From the IMG/VR virus record IMGVR_UViG_3300040770_000057, positions 1-64,000 of that record: a stretch of DNA of 64,000 bases, one strand, 5' to 3'. Made by a program: the position numbers and the translations under genes. Below the pieces are notes generated by a model. That model had not been told where the DNA came from, made no database searches, and saw only the letters and a program-made list of their open reading frames with translations. Of this stretch, positions 61,601 to 64,000 are shown in pieces. This DNA comes from a virus. The first letter of the stretch is position 1; each line of letters starts with the position of its first letter.

Positions 61601-64000
61601 GCACGAGATTCAGTAGTTGGATCGTAGTCATTGAGCCAAGCAGCCAAAGACTCGACAGCACCAGAGTACTCATTTTCCAGCTTCTTGAAAATCAACTCGT
61701 TGGATGCTTCAACAGAAATGGTATGCACCTTCACACCCAGAGCTTGAGCCAAGGCAAGACCAAATGCTTTGTGTTCCTTGGATCCAACCTTCGACACATC
61801 AATTGTTGAACGGGTAGGCAGCAGCAGTTCACGGACAAACTTGGATGCTTGTGGGCCAAAGCGACCAAGCTGTTGCAGACGGTTCACCTTGCTCATGTTG
61901 TACGCATAACGTACAGCAAAATCTTGAGCAGGCACACCAGCTTTCTCAGCTTGGTTCTCCAGATCACCAACCAGACCTTCAATCGACTTGAACGACGAAG
62001 CCAGATTCAAGTTACGACCTTCAAGGGTCTTCAGATGATTCACATTGGTGACAGCCACATCAGCTTGTTCACCAAACATTTCCATCACAGCATCCAGACC
62101 CATTGCTTTGTACATCTCAAACAAAGGCAGATTCAAGTAGAACGGAGTGTTGCCTTCAGCTTCAACTGCTTTCAGTGCAGCAGGGCTGTTCTCAACAAAG
62201 CTATTCCGCATCTGTGCAGTAGCTACAGGAGGACGAGCACTGCCCATAAAGCGAACTTCAGTAGGCTCGATAGAGACAGCTTGCTCAATAGCAGTTGGGT
62301 AAGTCTGGATCAGCTTGTCAGAAGCGTATTCAACCAGTTCATAGCGATCTACTGTCTTTGGTTTACCAGTCAGATTGACAGGAATATCAATGACAGTTTC
62401 TTTAAGCATACCGCCTGCAACCATTGCAGCAAACACTTCAGCAGCAACCCCTAATGGGATGCCTTCAGCGTAAGAATCAGACTCAGTTGACTTGGATTGC
62501 ACACCCCAATACTTTGGCAACATGGCAGCAATCGCACGAATTGCTTCCACATGACCCATGGTGTTCTTCAGCAAAGGAAGGTACGGACCAACTTGCTCTT
62601 CAGTCAAACTGAGAATTGCAGCAGCATCACGTTCATCAACAATGCTGGAACGATCCATTGCAGTGATACGCCATTGCAGACCAGCCAACACAGCACCATC
62701 CAAAAGAGTCTCATCGTACTGGTACGTGCCATCAACCTCACGGGTGATGTTCATTGGCTTGCCATTGATCCAAGTTGTTGGCTTTGACTTGTCTGGGTCA
62801 GCATAAACTTGAACTACTTTTTTGTCTTGAATGAACTCAGCCAAACTGTCTTTCATAGACAGTTTGATTTTGTTGCCCAAACGAAGGTAGTTCTGGTAAG
62901 CACCAGCCACATCAGAAGCCAACGTAGAGCTTTGATCCACACCAGTGAATGCCTTCAATGCTTCTGTGCTGGCCAATGCGTCATACACATCACGAAGAGG
63001 TTTTTCCAAACCGACCAGACGAGAGACAGCGTTCTTTGTGTACTGAAATGCAGTACCAAAACGGGACGAAGACACCAGACCCTCAAACACATTGCCAGTG
63101 TCAGACACGATTGGTTCTGCAACTGGCTCAGCTTTCGCAACCTTTGGTTGTGCAGCTTCACGCTTTGCACGGTCAGTCTCAAGACGTTCAGCCAAGATCT
63201 CTTTGATCTCAGCAATCGTTTCTTCATTCTTGGCTGATTTGTCTGGGTTGTTTTCCAGATTTTCCAGCACACTCGACAACTCAGAAAACTTCATGGTAGC
63301 CAGACCAGCAGCAGCACCGTTGTCAGGAACAGGTGCAATCTCTGGTTCTGGTTCAGCGACAGCTTTAACGACAGGCTCAGGCTTGACAGGAACAGCCACA
63401 ACAGGCTCTGCAACCACAGGAGTAGCTTTGGGTGTGACAACTGGAGCAACAGCAGGAGCGACGTTCTGAGCAGCCTGACCGGGCATTGACCGAACACCTG
63501 AAGCAAATTCATTTGCCACAGTGTCAGCTACGCCATCTAATTCTGGAGCCAAGGAAGCCAAGCCCATCTTTTGAACGCCCAGTTCTGGGAATGCATCAGC
63601 CAAGCCATTGACAATCCCACCCAGACGATCAGCCTCAAGAGCAACGCTCTGAGCAAAGCGGATAGAACCAGCAGACGCAGGAGTTACACCCAGAGCTTTG
63701 CTCGACAAAGTGAAATTACGTTTCTGGCCAAGAGACTGGTACTTTTGAGCACCATCAGTGCCAGCAATACCACTTGCAAAAGCAGCATTGATGGCACCAA
63801 GTTTATTCTGCATGTGCTGAGCAAACAGCATGAAGTCTTCCAACTGTGCTTTGCCAGTAGCGTAGTCACCAGCGTCATAGGCAGCACGGATACGGGAACC
63901 ATGATCCAAGGCTGAAAGACCTTTGGCACCAGTCTCAGTCTGAATCTCAGCACTGACACGAGACAGTTCAGTCAAACCATTGGCAGCAGCTTTTGCATCA
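55678..64000 (-). CDS. virion-encapsidated RNA polymerase (N4 gp50-like), C-terminal ~2774 codons; 5' end outside window
   Basis: The frame is open from the window edge to the stop at 55678. T7-like motifs EADGVTNG (~61440), KNPLTVTIYGAG (~61070) and KVFDGMNM (~60290). Giant size is the N4-like hallmark. Confidence 0.85.
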   Translation of the reverse strand, partial: DAKAAANGLTELSRVSAEIQTETGAKGLSALDHGSRIRAAYDAGDYATGKAQLEDFMLFAQHMQNKLGAINAAFASGIAGTDGAQKYQSLGQKRNFTLSSKALGVTPASAGSIRFAQSVALEADRLGGIVNGLADAFPELGVQKMGLASLAPELDGVADTVANEFASGVRSMPGQAAQNVAPAVAPVVTPKATPVVAEPVVAVPVKPEPVVKAVAEPEPEIAPVPDNGAAAGLATMKFSELSSVLENLENNPDKSAKNEETIAEIKEILAERLETDRAKREAAQPKVAKAEPVAEPIVSDTGNVFEGLVSSSRFGTAFQYTKNAVSRLVGLEKPLRDVYDALASTEALKAFTGVDQSSTLASDVAGAYQNYLRLGNKIKLSMKDSLAEFIQDKKVVQVYADPDKSKPTTWINGKPMNITREVDGTYQYDETLLDGAVLAGLQWRITAMDRSSIVDERDAAAILSLTEEQVGPYLPLLKNTMGHVEAIRAIAAMLPKYWGVQSKSTESDSYAEGIPLGVAAEVFAAMVAGGMLKETVIDIPVNLTGKPKTVDRYELVEYASDKLIQTYPTAIEQAVSIEPTEVRFMGSARPPVATAQMRNSFVENSPAALKAVEAEGNTPFYLNLPLFEMYKAMGLDAVMEMFGEQADVAVTNVNHLKTLEGRNLNLASSFKSIEGLVGDLENQAEKAGVPAQDFAVRYAYNMSKVNRLQQLGRFGPQASKFVRELLLPTRSTIDVSKVGSKEHKAFGLALAQALGVKVHTISVEASNELIFKKLENEYSGAVESLAAWLNDYDPTTESRALTQDEMASIKERLGKDFTPVAVHALMEYARYKAMDVEAKKAFTTSLYVEADGVTNGPINAMMLMTTGKFTTEWVNNIRKGGLFLGLGNMTMNEFRGMKEQGGNVDLYETAANGFKKALATMRQSLKQQPVIESKMNSIVSLMNTFLPDLIKDDGEGGLDIDRKLVKNPLTVTIYGAGAKGVSSKITQALLDAVYARMTDAAKKMAGTKMSWGEAMFGAGGEKKFDNFVNDMNSLTQEVVKEFKGEMYVKKTPTADNRSASNPKDFTLQADEISNLSENLLKLFVTPLRQGITDTLGSDLTAGVDTIQQATQVQSIFMANAYMGILEKIKATKPKGEFLSKADLKTAMGQLKALHPLVQTEEQSYFIAGRDAADDNKSNLAASLGDRFKMPASVYGPRDAGVKGIPFLVIGMGDGVMMQRLATMMGAPEGTLKVFDGMNMKLSTITEDSEKSNEAVTESWKGNPFKAVSQSFDGMLLNGDLTITDAMLTDFKRIFADKELTAADALAKVKSMGASLKNAAVNADVRKQVLADYSISVDQMASAAAPFKTSGKKQLTSTNLDEIVAELNEAYDAKLAAMKSFGSDDISTELSTAGKKAKNGTRTLVLSTLKTLQKEFSIPDNMAVVLEQVLSSLAPKGYKVIYGTPDQLAAFATSPEDAADVRSGVTSGWTSTIDKTVYLAKPSAETLVHELVHASTIETLVDHYNGKIQGNEAAVVSLAVSNMEKLMAQFLNSEERLTAVGSPELIAAYRNARQAILGFSGNDTMAPTVAKAAALNEFMAWALANQNLATVLKTEKANPLARLAEQTIALIKKLLFGRKAVPAAGQDVFSNLLFNSSVIMAVQGKNLSTAGTAVPNEQIILKQSSPNDNARLVRIQDAFDNMVVTYLNTAPSTVAADQVIAASIARATDLALDAQANGFGMTLQESTTLQSVVAALATQAKIDPASMARAQTLYTQVTKELTIQDFMADPTSQDPNEYDAARKKYEWLMGQSMVKTDALGRSSLLSAFLGMAIVNDELRAVLSKMAPTKIGLNKNDSADNVLENLGMNAMENLSATLSNTKGAPSVQAAINALTENIIDLAERNENLVATTINNATGRVNQLNAKIVEGMNALSDYALSKTERLAKNNPNSKSAQAVNAAVKLTSLLVSEEKADAVSRGVMSGVNRTNLVRPIRELFSDLIGRTSTNAVIVDMIKKVRSVVQQDRQAYRENVPTVIAGKFTRPLLDSEWSAMFRGMGKTDLASLITGRTRAATVGLITDTAARTAEIKRLEKVLTDASTLNGQKQIAKSKQLAEYMMTGKAGMNLLRNSFAIGKLWGEGGMATSVDLSNEIDQLVSLYALEKISPADMVELSALVLTEAEGVDFALAYLTGQREEENRKASLNPMAQANAYKGHIPSEQKAGVSLIVADDSQASELRLRGYIRTGDYVGSNLESGFASKGYYFSPVGGKGAFTQGLLQNVNQTAGGVDLTTGLTVNGMTAGNTVDPMYLAKLLRRRAREQDSVAPLLPVFDDTGSVVAFERSIDPAQADKLEKDTHLAKMIGVWRGRQVEEVKGQEMNYLLIDNLKAMYDEDMKTGGNNRSEYVNLFGNKLDPVTADALKLMSKEVRDYVEQVFGNEFMVRKDIINDAVGYRAASVRDLWSGVTHWDPKTAKVVQRLAISTMGVDAYKYLVNAEKVLQNYIKDAKVLIVMKSVIVPAGNLVSNMVQLLSRGVSPVTLYRDMPRKTAEIDSYVKNRIRHVEAEAELLAAANDPLKAGKLRVEIKSIEDSYRRLSIWPLINAGEFSAISDAGISREEILLSEGKLHAYMENAVSKLPESLQTAGKYALVTKDTALFQAVQKATEYGDFLGKAILFDHLMKTKGKTEAEALAQISEEYVNYDRLPGRFRGSLESNGLLWFYNFKIRSVKVAASMIRNNPLQVLLAGMIPTVPVFGNIGTPVEDNFLTILAEGRIGNSMGIGQGLTAPALNPWWNLIN

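Noticed and set aside
1-64000. Prophage, integrated element, CRISPR array or rRNA
   Set aside because: No integrase, repressor/att-like module, flanking bacterial genes, spaced direct-repeat array or rRNA-like sequence was seen. The gene content is continuous phage on both strands.

Overview
The window is about 90% of a circularly permuted genome of a lytic N4-like podophage (Schitoviridae-type layout), not a bacterial chromosome segment. All family calls come from motif recognition and gene order read by eye; no database search or RNA folding was run.

Layout:
- 1-17092, minus strand: late genes. These are a partial gp53-position gene, a repeat-containing gp54-position gene, major capsid, portal, embedded Rz/Rz1 spanins, GH19 endolysin, membrane proteins, a 1247-aa tail enzyme, a gp67-position gene, large terminase, and two upstream genes.
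- 17093-17578: hairpin-dense divergent late/early junction, probably the collapsed physical genome end.
- 17579 to about 22990, plus strand: small early/accessory ORFs. A conserved twin-hairpin motif (candidate virion-RNAP promoter) occurs twice here.
- 23014-55311, plus strand: middle and replication genes. These include the split T7-like RNAP II (its two genes separated by an HNH endonuclease and miniproteins), an Ig-like decoration protein, a ClpX-like and a MoxR-like AAA+ ATPase, a vWA protein, ThyX, rIIA/rIIB-like proteins, a MazG-like protein, a Dda-like helicase, family A DNA polymerase, a PD-(D/E)XK nuclease, primase, a Sak4-like ATPase, SSB, RusA, and a class II RNR.
- Two tRNA genes (Met-CAT, Tyr-GTA) sit antisense inside this plus-strand block.
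- 55339-64000, minus strand: a gp49-family gene and more than 2770 codons of the giant virion RNA polymerase, which runs off the window.

No integrase, rRNA or CRISPR array was seen.

Most interesting items:
- the twin-hairpin early motif
- a GATAG/CTATC hairpin cluster
- three tandem paralogs with a CGTTAC-x-GHA motif
- a free-standing paralog of the tail enzyme's central domain
- the antisense tRNA pair
- a possible -1 frameshift or indel at a G5 run
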